From Calcarisporiella thermophila CBS 279.70 (lineage: Eukaryota > Fungi > Calcarisporiellomycota), in the NCBI RefSeq assembly GCF_041956535.1, contig NW_027192207.1, forward strand, positions 591,374-655,373: a DNA stretch of 64,000 nucleotides. The letters are read 5' to 3'. The notes beneath the pieces are model-generated. The model worked only from the letters and a program-made list of their open reading frames with translations, was not told the DNA's origin and did not search any database. Of this stretch, positions 12,162 to 25,861 are shown piece by piece. The stretch's first letter is position 1. Each line of letters opens with the position of its first letter. The position numbers and the translations under genes were made by a program.

Positions 12162-13026
12162 ATGTTAGATCTAATCCGTTGGAATGAGCCCTCCCTCTGG
12201 AAATCGATTGCCTGTATCTTATTTAATCCAATAGCATGGAACATCGTTGCACGTAGAGGTCTGTGTTCAGCTTAATATGTGATATGGCCGTTTCTGGGAT
12301 TGCTTAATCTTTACACCATACAGAGCATCGTACGCGTTTTCTGACAAAGCTTTGTGGGGGACCGTACCAAGGATGCTATGTCCTTGCCTTTCTCATTTTC
12401 ACCATGGGATTATTCCGCGATTATTTGTAAGATTTTTTTTTTCACGTGGAATGTCCCACATATCCTTAGTAACCCTCTTATGATCGAAGATATAAAAATG
12501 CGATTGAGCATCAGCCAACCCTCGACCTCTTGGGCAACCCTCTGATAAAAGCCATTGGCGGGACATGTATATTTTTCGGTGCCATTCTGGTAGTTTCTTC
12601 GACTTGGAAACTCGGAATCACAGGCACATTCCTTGGTATGTTTTCTTAGATCATTTTCAAACATTTCGTCCCTACTGACGTGTTTATGTATTCGTCCAAA
12701 CAGGCGACTACTTCGGCATCCTGATGAATGAGCGAGTCACCTCATTTCCATTCAATGTTGTCGAAAACCCCATGTATACCGGCTCAACCCTCAACTTCCT
12801 TGGAACCGCAATATGGTAAAGACGGGGGGCTGTTTTATTGCCAGAAGCACATTCTATTGATGATTCTTTTTATTCGATTTTCTGGCTACTTAGGTATCAG
12901 TGCCCCGCGGGCCTGCTACTCACTCTACTAGTGCACGTCATGTACCAGATTGCTCTGCAGTATGAGGGACCATTTACCGCCAAAATATACGAGGCTCGCT
13001 CCAAAAATGAGAAGAAGCAGTCCTAA
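12162..13026 (+). CDS. OPI3: Phospholipid N-methyltransferase (PEMT/Opi3)
   Basis: [59 protein letters not shown]. Confidence 0.95.
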
Positions 13027-13825
13027 GGCAAAGCGTTCTTTTTCCAAAACCAGCTTTCTTTTTTAACCGTTTCATGTAAACAGACATTTGAAAAGCTAAT
13101 GATATAAATCGCTCAAATATAATAAAATAGAAAAAAAATAATCCCTCGGTAAAAGCAAGTCCAATCACTAGACTGAAGTATTAATTAAGCAGGGGAATTT
13201 CGACATTGACTCGGGGCTACTAACGATTGAAGTCTGGTGTCATGCTCCTTTGAAAAAACTAACAGCCTAACTCCTCTCTTAAATAATCTGATGTATGGTT
13301 GCAAGAACGATAGTATGATTTTTCAGAAGAGAAGAATAATAGAAACCGAGAATTGGACATCAATTAGTGATGCATAGAAAACCATCGCCTGAAGTCTTCA
13401 TTGTAGAATTCGATTTCAGTTAGTGGTGCGAAGCGCCTACACAAACGACTCCATCGATAAATTACTCTTGGTATGGCATCCTGACACTAAAGCTAGTAAA
13501 GCGAACCTGTATGTCATAGGTTTCAGTGTGGCAAAGACTTTACTTGGGTGCTAGATTGAAAATTGCATAGTCGATAAGTATCCCCTTCATGTAGTTCATT
13601 CTTCATTGCAGGTAATGCAACAGATAATGAGTTGACAGTTATTAGGGTTACTCGCCTAAGTATTTCACCGTTAGAAGTGGTTTTGATGAGGGTCCAATTT
13701 CTTTCAAAGTCTCTCTCTTGTCCCCATTTATCAACGCTGTACTTCATTTTCATGGCAATGTGAGAGCTAATGGCACTAAGAACAATGAATTTATTATGAT
13801 ACATTAATATGATTCTAGAAAACGG

Positions 13826-14236
13826 TCATTTCTTGGAATTGGCCCCTTTGTTCTTTTCGATTGGTTTTGCTATACTCTTCATAATAGTCAGCTTGCCGGT
13901 AGCAGCCGCACGTGATGCCATGATCGTTTCTATCTTGTTGTTGATAGCTGCCGAAAATTTCTGAAACAAACAAAAAAAAAAGGATAAATCAACGCAAGGT
14001 AAAAACATTTTCATCGCTTGCTATACTACATACTTTTTGCCTTGATCTCTGTTTTTGGACATCCGATTTCTTTGATGCGACAATCTTGCCTGCCATTGAA
14101 ACGGTTAACTCATCATATAACGGGACATGAAAATGGACATTTCACTGCTTTACGTACCTCCTTTCTTCTGTGACAATACCTTTTTCTCAGGCTGCTTAGA
14201 GGGCTTTTTCTTTAATGTTCCTGAACCTTGAGCCAT
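13826..14236 (-). CDS. UPF0390/DUF2462 small basic protein (Leydig cell tumor 10 kDa homologue), 3 exons
   Basis: MAQG..K start, KKG|G.IVA.KK, AAINNKIE..MASRA...GKLTIMK. Confidence 0.8.
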
Positions 14237-14659
14237 GTTGCGAATGGTAATCCAATTCTACTCAAAAAAGGTCTATTTGAAATAATGGTTGGACTTAAAC
14301 TTTTCAACCGTCACAGTGGCGCAGACAGAATTTAATATATTGGAAAGGCGTGACATGGTTATGGTCGAAGGAACACATGAAATGGTGAATGGGGTTATTC
14401 CTATAGAAAGCAAGCTAAAAACACAAAAAAAAAACTTTCTGCAATTATCTGTCTATTTGTACTATACTATTTATACTATGCTGCCTGGATTGACACATTC
14501 TTATGGAATTTAATTTCACGATCCTCTGTTGTATTGCATTTCCATTATCTTGAGGCAGACCAGTATACATCTTTACTCAATGGGGAGTCACAGGGAAATG
14601 CCAAGTAGAATAAATTCTACAGGAAAACAAATTGACTAGTCTATGAATTTCGATGCGAT

Positions 14660-15103
14660 TTATGAGATAGGCTGTTTGGAGGGGCGATCTGTTTGGATGC
14701 TCGTTTTTTCATTTGCCGGGGAATAATCCAAAGAATCCGATCCCTATGGGTGTAACACAGCAAATGGCAAGTGGAAGAGTTCAAAGCTCTCATTCACAAC
14801 AATATAGCGGAGCAGAATCGTAGAGAGACGACTTACCTGGTCTTCTTGCATGCGTCGCTTTGTCTCCTTTGGATCGGTGCTGTTGTCAAAAGCGGGACTC
14901 TTGTGTGCAATCTCGTCCGTTCTCCCCGAAGCAGTCTGCTCCGTGGAGTAGGGAGGGTCGTTTTCCTTATCTTTTTTATTGTGGTTGTCTCGAGCTCGCC
15001 GTTGAGCACTTGAGGATGGAGTGCTAAAACAGCGGGCACCAGAGGCCAATGAAGCACGAGAAACTTGGCGGAAGAAATGAGAAGAGCGATTAGTACGAAG
15101 CAT
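14660..15103 (-). CDS. Small hydrophilic protein with mitochondrial presequence, function unknown (2 exons)
   Basis: Arg/Ser-rich leader ending ARCFS; D.IAH..PAFD..TDP and LDYSPAN segments; clean GT-AG intron. Confidence 0.65.
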
Positions 15104-15557
15104 TATCAATGAACAAACATCAGATACATTATGAGGAACAGTACAGGACTAAATGGATTTTATATCTAAATTCGCGTGGCAAATCGATGGTCCATATATA
15201 GGATCGCAGAATTAATAGCCTGAAACTTCACTCAATGCAACTAATGTTTCTGATGATCAGGAAGGAAATGGGGTGCGAGTTGAGCGGGCCGTCGCGATAG
15301 ATTGATGTATAGCTCACAAAAACAGATTCGCACTTTCATCCCGGGATGGTCTGAAGCTACTGCATGGAAACGGATAAAACCTCGGCTTCTACCGATTTTT
15401 TCTTACACGATAGAATTGACGATTTTTGAATTCGAAGTCATTTTTTACTATTGTGCACCCCTCCCCCTTTTAGCTTCCACAGCACTTTTCCATTTTGAAA
15501 CCCATTTGATCTCATTTTCTTCTCCATTGCTTTTTTGTTCTGCCCTTCCTGCTTGCC

Positions 15558-17160
15558 ATGGCCGACAAGGATAATGTCGAGTGTACAGAGGTCCGTGGTC
15601 TTGCGCTTTCTACAAGATGATGCTTATCTCTGCATTTTCTTATGATTGAGTGATTGTTGACCAAAAGCATTGTTTTCTAGATCCTGGATGAGAAACCGCG
15701 CAGCATTCTTCTTGGCATAATCTCTCAGCTACGGCTCGGGATGGATCTGAGCCGCGTCACCCTCCCTACATTCGTCCTGGAACCAAGGAGTATGCTTGAG
15801 CGCATATCCGATTTTATGAGTCATCCAGAATTGATTCTCAAGTAACAACCCATCCCTCTATCTATGTCCATTGCTTTTTCTTTCTTGAATGACCTTGCTC
15901 ATCTCTATTTAATATCAAAGGACTGCAGTGAAAGAGGATCCACTAGAGCGTTTTATTGACGTTTGCCGGTATTACCTGTCTGGCTGGCATATCAAACCAA
16001 AAGGGGTGAAGAAGCCTTATAACCCGATACTAGGCGAAATATTCCGCTGCAAGTACGAATACAGCGATGGAAGCGAGGGTATCTATTTTGCTGAACAAGG
16101 TCCGTCTTTTATCCCATTAGTTCCACTCGCTATCCACAGGCACTTACTTTTTTTTTACACTCTCTTATCTCATATTCAGTCTCCCACCATCCCCCCATCT
16201 CTGCTTATTTCTATACTTCCCTTACCAATCACCTCGTTATCCGTGGCGATTTTCGCCCCAAGAGTAAATTCCTTGGAAATAGTGCCGCAACCATCATCGA
16301 GGGCGTATCTAGAATTACATTTACAAATCGGCCAGGAGAAGAATACGAGATCTTGATGCCAAACATGTATGCCCGAGGAATATTGTTTGGTGCAATGGTG
16401 CTGGAGCTTGGGGATCAGTCGAGTATCAGGTGCAGGAAAAGCGATCTGATCTGCGAGCTAGAATTCAAGGTGAAGGTAATTTGTAATTACTACCTTGCTT
16501 CGAAATCTTCTGGGCAAGCTAAAGTGTGGAATATTCTGGAAATAGGGCTTCTTTTCGGGTACCTACAATGCGATTGTGGGAAAGATTAAGCGGGAGTCCA
16601 CGGGAGAGTGCCTTTATGAAATATCCGGCAAGTGGTCCGATGTTATGTATATTAAGAAGGCAAGGGTATCTATCTCCTTTTTGCGTATTCAGATTCGTTC
16701 CTCTATTTAGCCGCGATGACTTTTTAGACGGGCGAAAGCAAGATTTTGGTAGACGTCCATGAACATAGAGTACAACCCAAGTTGGTCGCACCTGAATCAG
16801 AGCAAGAGGAGCGCGAATCCAGGCGGTTCGTGTCCTAATTGACTTTTTTTTTGGAGACATGACAGCTAATAGACAGCCCGTGCTTTTAGGCTCTGGTCCA
16901 AGGTAACGAACTCTCTCCTCACCCAGGATATCGATGCTGCAACCGAGGCGAAAACACAGATCGAAGACCGCCAGCGGAAGGAAGCCCGGGAGCGCGAAGC
17001 GGAGGGGCTTGAGTGGGAGCCGCACTTCTTCCACTACGATAAGGCCCACGATGAATACAAGCTCAAGCATCCCGTGGACTCAAGACAAGAGCCCACTAAG
17101 GCAATGCAGGATTTAGAACGCTTCATATTTGCTCGAATTAATGGCACATCAGGGAACTAA
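15558..17160 (+). CDS. Oxysterol-binding protein, Osh6/Osh7 (ORP5/8) type
   Basis: [69 protein letters not shown]. Confidence 0.93.
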
Positions 17161-17484
17161 TTGACAAATAAAGAGCAATAGATATTTAACCATGTTTTAT
17201 CTGAAATTGATTTTGCATTTGTCTTCATTCCTGTGTTTCCAAAATAAAGTTTCTACCTTGCGATATTTACAAGGTGATTTGCTGAGAAAAGCTTAAGCAA
17301 TTTAATTAACGATACTAAATTAGTGGATGATTATAAGCCCTTATATGGAGTAAAAGGAAGGGGGAAGGGAAGGGGGGTAGGGAATTTAGAAAAGATAAGG
17401 AGGGAGGGAATAAAAAAATAAAACAATTATGCAATCAAATCAACAATATAACTACGGATGGCCACATGGGCAGAGCTAGATATT

Positions 17485-18337
17485 TCACAGCATCATTCTG
17501 GCCGCGGCAATCATCAAAACAATGGCCGAAATCGAGGTGCTCATGCGGTTTGCCGAGCTACTCGGAGCCTTTGTGGTACCTGAAACAGTTGCCGGCTTCG
17601 AAGCCGTGGCAACCTGGCTGCCACTAGAAGTTGCTTGAGAAACCGCGCCGGAGGATAATACAATGGAGACGGAGGAGGGAGCAAGTGCCACTCCTGAGGT
17701 GGGAACAGATGTGCCCGTAGGTCGAGCGGTGGAGCTGTAATTGTACTCAGGGGGGAGTACACCGTTAGAAGTATCTGGGGAGGCACTACCCGTTCCCTGA
17801 AGCTATAATGACAGAGTAGATTAAGAAAGAGTTTCAGGCTAACCCGCCCTAGGGCCTGGACCATCCACATACCTGGAAATTGTGGGAGTATGCATATCCA
17901 TCCTGCTCATTTCCAATCCGCACGAAATAGTCCGAGCGGCCAGGTAGGTTGGGGCAAACAAACTTGAAAGGCGAATCCTGCGGCTGCAACTTGATGGCCA
18001 AATTATAGGATACCCTAATTGAAGAGCGAATTAAAGAGGATGGCAGACGCTTGAACCGTAGCTGCGAAAACTTACGTTGCGACCGTGGGTTGGCCAGTGA
18101 GGAGATCGATATTTACGGGATTCTTTATCTCCCCGCCAACAGTCCACACCACCTGGCCTTCGGTGCCAGCCTTCCAAACTGTGCCGCCCCAAGGCTCCGT
18201 CACCTTAGAAGCATATTCCAAATTCAGGCTCACATTCCAAAACGTCCAAGTGCTCAACCGCTTACCGTGATGGGCATATCGGCCCTCGCTAGGAGGATGC
18301 AGGAGAGGATGAGAAGAACAGCAGAGACTCGCATCAT
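17485..18337 (-). CDS. GPI-anchored Ser/Thr-rich cell-wall protein with Kre9/Knh1-like N-terminal Ig domain
   Basis: Signal peptide, T.PWGGTVWKAG...V.W, YFVRIG..YAYSH.F, S/T tract, hydrophobic tail. Confidence 0.8.
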
Positions 18338-18816
18338 GATGGTAAGGAGAGAACTAGGCTGTGGGGGGGTGTAAGGTGGAGAGGTACGGGGGAGAAAAGA
18401 GTGGGATCAATTAAAAGGTTTGAAACTCAGGAGAAGCCCGTCCTTTAATTTCCGTGCTTTCCTAATTCTTCGTGCGTCACTGGGAATATTTCATACAGGT
18501 TGGCACGAGCGTTTTGTAATTTGTAAATGGACACAAATATGTTTCATATTTCCTGTCCCAGCGATATTGAACAGGCTAACAAATGCATGTTTTCGAATAA
18601 AAAAAGCATGTTCCCCGTTTATTTTGGATAAAGAAAAGAAAAAGGCCCCCTTTTAAAAGAAATAAAAAGTAGAAAAAAAAATAATAATAAAATAAAATAA
18701 AATAAAATATTAAGGAAACATGTTCGCAGAGAAAAATAAAATGAAGAGAAATATAGAAAAAAAATTAACAAGAAATATATATATATTTATATTTATATAA
18801 TTTTTTCTTTAAATCT

Positions 18817-21800
18817 TTAAACACATAGATTCGAAAGCCCCTAGAAATGCGTAGAAGGATTAGTTAGATATTTAGTCCTCTTCCCATGAAAGGCCACTCG
18901 ACTGCCTACCTGTTTGGATAAAAACGCGTTGATTGCCTCGTCTGTCCGTTTATCCTCGGGGAAAAGTGTCTTTAGATCAAAACTTGATTCTCGGTATCGC
19001 TCTGCCATCTTCTCCTCGCCCTGCGGATCCGAACCATGGTGATTAGCCAATGTGAAGCTGGTTAACAATGTCTAGGAAAAAAAATTCTCGTCTTACCTCT
19101 ACATCACGCAATGCTTTAAGATATTCTGCTGTTAATTTGGCCGCAGGAGGGACTATCCCGTCTAGAGATAACAGGGGCTGCATCATCTCCGTCAACTTGT
19201 TAAGATCGACTTGAGATGCCACGAGGAATTGGCCAACATAGGAGTATGCAGCAGGGACATCAATCGAGAGGTCGTCGATCATTTCCACCAACCCTGCCAA
19301 TGCCTTGTGAACGGAGTCTAACGCAACGGCATCAGACGAGAGAGCTTGCCGTAGCACCTTGCACGTAAGCTCAACATCTTCCTTCTTGCGCTCGACCGCA
19401 GAGTTGACAAGGGAAGTAAGGAGTTCAACATGGAAAGCAGCGTCATCCAGCTCCTTAATACAATAAATAAGTTCCTAGGGTGCAAAAAATAAAGGGCAGC
19501 ATGAGTATTTCGTTCTCTCTCTTGACCGAAAAACCATCTCTCCAGGCCAAATTACCTCCACATTTCGTACGCTCCAGAATTCCTCAAGGGCATTCTTGAT
19601 TTTCTTCTCCGCCTCCTCCTGAGTCAGCTTGGTATCGGATGGTGCGGTTGCAGCATCCGACGCTGGCTGTTGCTCGGGTAGCGGCTTGGTACGAGGTAGG
19701 ATGTTCAATTTCTTGCGCTCAGTGGGAGGGGAAGGAGTGACTTCGCCTTCCACATTGGCTTGCCGTTCGGATGAGCCACCCTCCGCTAATAATGCACTAA
19801 ACATATTTGAGGTGCCAATTTGCGGAGAGGAGCTCGAGCCGGAGCTGGGCTTTCCGTTTTCGCCCTTCTTCGGCGGTGCCTCCATGGACGGGCTTTTCAC
19901 GCTTTTAGAAGCCGACAAGCTCGCAAACACATTGCTGGATGAACCAGGGCCCAAGTTCAGATTGCTGCGCTGGATTTTACTCCGCTCCGTTCGGCCAAAG
20001 GAGCCTAGGTCACCAGCCTTGCGCACGCTTGAAGAGCCACCCACGGTGCTCCATCCGTCAGTTGAAGGCGTTTGCGGGGTTCCTCGCTCCTTCCCGACAC
20101 GATGCGAGGACGACCGTGTCAACTGTTGGGAGAGATTTGGAAGCCCCCGTCCGCCCGAACTTGTGGACCGTTTGAGGATGTCTTTCTCTTCCTGTGCTTT
20201 GGCCGCATCTTCGTGGATCTCTGCAATAGTCTTGGGTGCATTAAGATCCCGTCGAGGCGCCCAGCGATTACTTCTTAAGTCAATCACATCCTGAAGCATG
20301 AAGCGGATACGGCTCGGGAGTTTTGTGTTCTTAGAGAGAGTAACCATGCGCGAGAAGTAGAGATCCATGTGTCCCTTCGCCTCTTTGCGATCGAGCTGCT
20401 TGCCGACCGTTGTCATTAACTGGCAGAGGCTTTCCATCTCTTCCTCTTCTGGATTGTCAACATTGGTCAACAGCTTCTGAATGCACCCATGCATAATACG
20501 CTCCGTCAACATGTTAAGTTTGAACAGCTCGCCGATGAAGCGGATCAAGCCAAGCCCTCTCCGCTTCGCCTTCACGGCAACATAATACTCGTCAGACATA
20601 ATGTCCACCTCTCCATTTTCCGTCTTAGGAACATCGAATTTCCACCCACGCTCAAAATCTTCTTGACATCTTGTCAATAGATATTTGCGGAACAGGTGGC
20701 CACCGGAGGCGGGTCTTCCATCGGGAAGCTTCAGGCTCTCATCCTTCACATCCTCCTTCACCTTCTCCATCATCCGTCGACACAGTTGCGCGTACATGGT
20801 GGCAAAGTTGGACTCATCCGTTGCCTTCTCGAATACCAGCTGGATTACAAGTTTCATGGTTGTGCCATCTGTCTCGTTCAATGAGCGATTTGCAAATTCG
20901 ATGATTTGATCGGAAATACTCTCGAATTTTTCCAAGGTGAGCTTATTGAGAAGCGATTTCACCTTACGCTGCACCAATTCCATAGGCATTTGATCCTCGG
21001 AGGATGCCGGCTTCTGCTTGTTTTCTTGAACTGTAGGCACCCAGCGATTCTCGGACTTTTGCAACGGTTCGACTGGCTCGGATGGAGTAGTTGGCCCACC
21101 TTGTTGCTGGTGATGTTGATCTCGGGTTCCTTTACGAGAAATACCGCGCCCACTACGAGAACGGCCATCACGCGGGCTTCCACCGCTTGAGCCAGATGAT
21201 GGCAGCATCTGGCTACTACTTGCCGAACGTGGACCTAGTGAAGGCCGTCCAGGACCATGGGGTATAAATCCACCCGTACTGTTCATCCGGTGTGTAGAAG
21301 CCTGGAAGCGCTCTTCGCTTGTAGTCTTTTTGAACTGGCCCATATCTGCAGGGAACTGGGCAAATGCCGGGCTCTTAATGCCACGCTGGCTGCCAGAAGC
21401 CGCACGACGGCCAGCGGAGGATGGTTTCCGTTCATTGCCGCCTGCATCCTCCCCAATTACCGACTCAACTAGTGGAAGTCCTTCCGGCCGTTCCTTACAT
21501 AAGTGCATAAATTGCATCAGGAAATCGCGATCATATTTATATTTGCCTTTATCCGCTGATTTCGGTGGTTTTATGTCAGGCGGATAGGCAACGGCGGAGG
21601 GATCTTCGATTATCCGGTGTGAAGTTTGGAGAGTAGTTGGACTATCGACAACAGAGCTTGTGGTCTCATCCGATGCTTTGACATTTTCTACAGATGTATC
21701 GACTTTGGGTGGAGTAGTAGTAGATGGGGTAGATTTTGCAGCATCGTTTTGAGACTCGAGAGGTTTGTCCGCATCTTCAGGCAAATTCGTTTTCACTGCC

Positions 21801-23933
21801 TCGTTTTCCGCCTTGCGCTTCTCCTCAAGCTCTATACTCTCCCGCTCTTCTTTTTCCTTTTGTTCCTTTTCCCTCCGCTCTCTTTCTTCCCTCTCTTTCC
21901 TTTCTTTCTCTTCTCTTTCCTTCTGCTCTCTTTCTTTCCGCTCTTGTTCCTCCTTTTCTCTGAGTTCCCTGGCTTCTTTCTCTCTCCGCTCCTTTTCTTC
22001 CAGCTCCAGCCTTTCTTTCTCCTCCCTTTCTAATCGCTCCTTTTCTTCTCGCTCTAACCGCTCCTTTTCCTCACGTTTCTTTCGTTCCTCCTCTTCCCGT
22101 TTCGCCCGCTCCTTTTCCTCTTGCTCTTTCTTTTCCTTTTCCTCTTGCCTCTTCCTTTCTGCATCAGCTTGTTCGCGCTCTGCTTGCTTCCGCTTTTCCT
22201 GTTCCTCACGCTCCTTCGCTGCCGGATCAACAATCTTCACAGCTCGCGATCCCGTTGTGGTAGGTGCGACTGTTGTCTGAGATTCATCTTTTGAATCTTT
22301 TTCTTGTGGTTCAGAAGTCTCAGCTTTCTTGAGACGGGGTGATGCATTTTGCGATGAGGAAGAAGATGCAACATCGCTAGCCTTTACCTCCGTACGTGTA
22401 TTAGGATTGATGATGGGGATCGCTTTGCTTGCTTTTGGTTGCGGCGTGAATTGTTGACCCATTGGCATACGTTGATTCGGAACGCCATGCGGGATACCCA
22501 TCGGCATCCCTTGAGGCATTGGTTGACTATAAGGAGGCATTCCATACATCGGGTGATGGTGGCCAGGAAAGTATTGCGGTGTTGGGCTATATGGTGCAGC
22601 AACGTACTGGTGTAAAAAAAGTTATTATTTCACTCTGAGAGTTTAAGAGAATCGAATCAAACCAAACTCACATATTGCTGAGCCCATGGCTGATGTGGAA
22701 CAGCAGGAACCATCGGCTGCATATTTGGGGAAGGGGCAGTGGTGAGATGCGGGGAGTGGGGAGAGGCATGCGGTGCCATGGGTTTTTTCTGTTGGTGGCC
22801 ATAGGGAGATGGAACGTTCGCAGGTACCGGTCCAGAAGAGGGTGCTGGAGACATGCCCATTGGTATGGGAGCGCCGCCCTTCTGGAAGTGATGTGATTGC
22901 CGGTGGTGGTGAGGCGGTGTTTGTGGATGATGAGGATAGGAGTGATGTGCGAGGTGTGGCGAGCTGTGTACAGGCCGTGTATGAGGGGAGTGCATCGTTT
23001 CCACCGGCGGGTGCGGTTGAGGTTGGGGTTGAGGTTGTTCTTCGACGGTTGTAGGAGTGGGGGCCTAAAAAAATTACAGTCATAATGTCAAAATATTTGC
23101 GCATATTGTAAGCAACTATCTTATATTACCACTTCTTCTGAAGGCGGATTTGCAGAAATCGTGCCAAAGGTTGGCATCGATCCTCCTGAAGGAACCTGTG
23201 GATATTGCGGTACACCACCACTTAGTGCAGAAGTATGCTGAATGGGTGATGATGAGAGAGGAGCGGTATTCGGCTGGTTAATTGAGCCAAATTGTATCGG
23301 TGCTATAGTGTACGAAAATTCAAATCAAAAGGTACAATTTACAATTAACAGATAATCCTATTACCAGTTCCTTGAGTATTCGGAGGTCGCACAGGGAATT
23401 GTACACTGTTTCTTGGTCCTTTCATGTGACTTACGTATGGACCTTTGCGCGATGCTGCTGGCATTAATGGTGGATTTGTATGTCTAATTGCAAAAAATGG
23501 TTAAGGATAATCGGGAAAAAAGAAAGTCAAGTAAAAATCGTTCTCTTGATCTCTACGCTCTTTTCTTTTTCTTAAAAAAAAAGAAGAGTTGTAGAAATCT
23601 GATCAAATCCAACAAATTCTGATTTTGATTTTTCTGGGCTATAATCAAATCTATAGCCCACAAGATCTAGATCAGCTAAACTACATACAATAAAGGATAC
23701 GAATTGTGCATTCTGGGAGAACCACCATGAAACTTTCCGTTTACAGATGCATGACTCGAACTAGACGAAACTTGAAGAGAGGATTGTTGAGGTGAGGATG
23801 CAACTATTGCTGGTTGTGATCCAGAGGACGACGAAGACGAGGGCGTTGATGAAGGCTTCGACTTGGCGGAGGAGGCAATCTGAGCTACTTGAGCGTATTT
23901 AGATGGCTGGTTACTTTGCGGAGGCTTACTCAT
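18817..23933 (-). CDS. TIF4631: Eukaryotic translation initiation factor 4G
   Basis: IQFGSI N-terminal motif, eIF4E-binding YDRDFLM, MIF4G (KVKSLLNKLT.EKFE...SRIRFMLQDVIDLR), C-terminal MA3 domain. Confidence 0.96.
23484..23700 (-). other. U12-type (minor spliceosome) GT-AG intron 1 of eIF4G
   Basis: Donor GTATCCTTT; branch TCCTTAAC (23507-23500) 16 nt before the 3' end; splicing keeps the frame open. Confidence 0.88.
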
Positions 23934-24613
23934 TACTTCTCAAGGAAAAATAGGGAGCGATGGTCATCCCACGCGATAAAATGTATTTAGTGACTTATCG
24001 ATTCGTTTACTGAACAGAAGGTGGAAAAATAAAACAAAGCCCGCACGCAGACTACTCCTCTATCGTTCCGTTTTTCAAACTTCTTCACCTTTACAAGCTA
24101 AGAAGAGTTGATGATGGATGGAAAAGACTACCAACTTCTTTGACAAACGGATGGATGGGAGTTTGGTATGCCCAATTTTCTTATCAAGGTCGATTCACGC
24201 GCCCACAATCCACAGGATGAAAATTATTCCCAGCATTTCAGCGAGCAATTTCAGCAGATTTCCTCGGTTCATGCATGAAAATTTGGCCGTAAGATCAACT
24301 ATAATTTTACCTTACAAAAAATATCATACTTCATTCGTTTCTTTTTTAATTTCTTCACCGTTTCAGTTAATACTGATACATATATCATATATACATCTTT
24401 TTCTGCAGTAAAACTAACTTAATGCAAGCACCCTATCTATTTCTGCCTTGTATTCTGAGAGAGGGTTTTAAGCAATAAGAATTATATGTGATGTTTGATG
24501 ACGTCACAATTTGACATCACAATTTGCCCCTGGTCTTTTAGTGAAATAAAAACAACCCTTATACGATTCTTCACTTCTGAGAATTTCATTTTCATCCTCA
24601 ATAACTTACCGAA

Positions 24614-25572
24614 ATGGCTTTCTCTACTCGGCACACTGCAACCACCATCAGCAAGGTATATATTTAGCTCATTGTTGTATTTTCATCAAATAAAAGTTAG
24701 TGTTATTAATATGCTGATATTTTTATTAATTGATGAACAGATGGTGCGCGGATTTGCTTCGGCACCAAAAGCCAGCTCGGTGCAGGTAAATAGCCCTTAA
24801 AAAATATTTTATTTTAGCCGATGCCATCGATCTGGTGTAGAGATGGTTGCCACATGTTGAATATAAAATTCATTATTATAATTTAATTAGCCTCCCATTG
24901 TCTTGCACGGCATTGATGGTCGGTACGCTTCTGCTCTCTACTCTGCAGCCGCAAAGAAGAGCTCTCTTGAGGCTGTCGAAAGTGAATTGAAGCAAATTCA
25001 CTCGGTCATTGAGAAGGATCCAAAGGTGAAAAGCTTCCTTGAGGACCCTTCGCAAAATCGTGAACATAAGCGCGCTTCTGTGAATGCTCTGCTCGGCAAA
25101 GGCAAATACTCTGAGATTACGCGCAATTTGTTCGATTTGCTTGCCGAGAATGGCCGTCTCGGTGAAACACCTAAGATCATTAATGCTTACCAATCCTTAA
25201 TGATGGCTCACCGTCGCGAACTGCCAGTGACCATCACTTCGGCGAAGGAACTGGATAATAAGACACTTGACCAGCTTAAGAACTCGCTCTCGAAGAGTTC
25301 TATCATTGAAGCTGGTCAAAAGCTTATCATTTCAAACAAGGTAACATCTCTACTCCTGTAACTATACAAGTGTTTTATTTACTCTTAAATTTTGTAGGTG
25401 AATCCCTCTATTGTTGGTGGGTTGGTGATCGAGTTTGGAGACAAAACCATCGATCTCTCTGTCTCTTCTAGGATCGCTAAGCTGAACAAACTTTTGACTG
25501 GTAAGTCTTTGGCACTTTTATTTCCGATTTCAGGTTCTCTAAATTTTTGTCTATATCATAGATTCTTTGTAA
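24614..25572 (+). CDS. ATP5: Mitochondrial ATP synthase OSCP subunit
   Basis: PIVLHGIDGRYASALYSAA, LLAENGRL, VNPSIVGGLVIEFGDKTIDLSVSSRI. Confidence 0.96.
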
Positions 25573-25861
25573 ACGAGTGAGAGGCTTTATCTTTATTCCT
25601 TCAAAATATATATAAAGTTAGAATGAATTGTGATTAATACTAACAAAATAGTTGTATGTCAAAATTTGCTTGCTGGAAACTCTTACTCCCAAAGTGGCTT
25701 TGGAGACTCTTTTTATTCTATCAGCATTTATTAAGTTTATGACAAAAGAGAAAAGGCTGCGTAGTTAAATGAAAAAGAATTGTCCAAAAGAAAACGAATA
25801 AGTAAACAATAATGCACAACAATATCCATATGGCGCCGAAATCGACGACGGAAATAATCAT

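Noticed and set aside
16661-16727. Possible GC-AG intron in the OSBP gene
   Set aside because: An in-frame GTATCT donor 6 nt downstream explains it canonically
17359-17410. G-quadruplex-like G tracts
   Set aside because: They are the complement of a pyrimidine-rich 3' UTR; no evidence of function
18655-18815. Very A-rich tract as a centromere/origin candidate
   Set aside because: Explained as the U-rich 3' UTR of eIF4G within otherwise GC-rich surroundings
21626-22280. Long plus-strand Ser/Phe/Leu ORFs and repeat-like sequence
   Set aside because: Antisense shadows of the E/K/R-rich coiled coil of eIF4G
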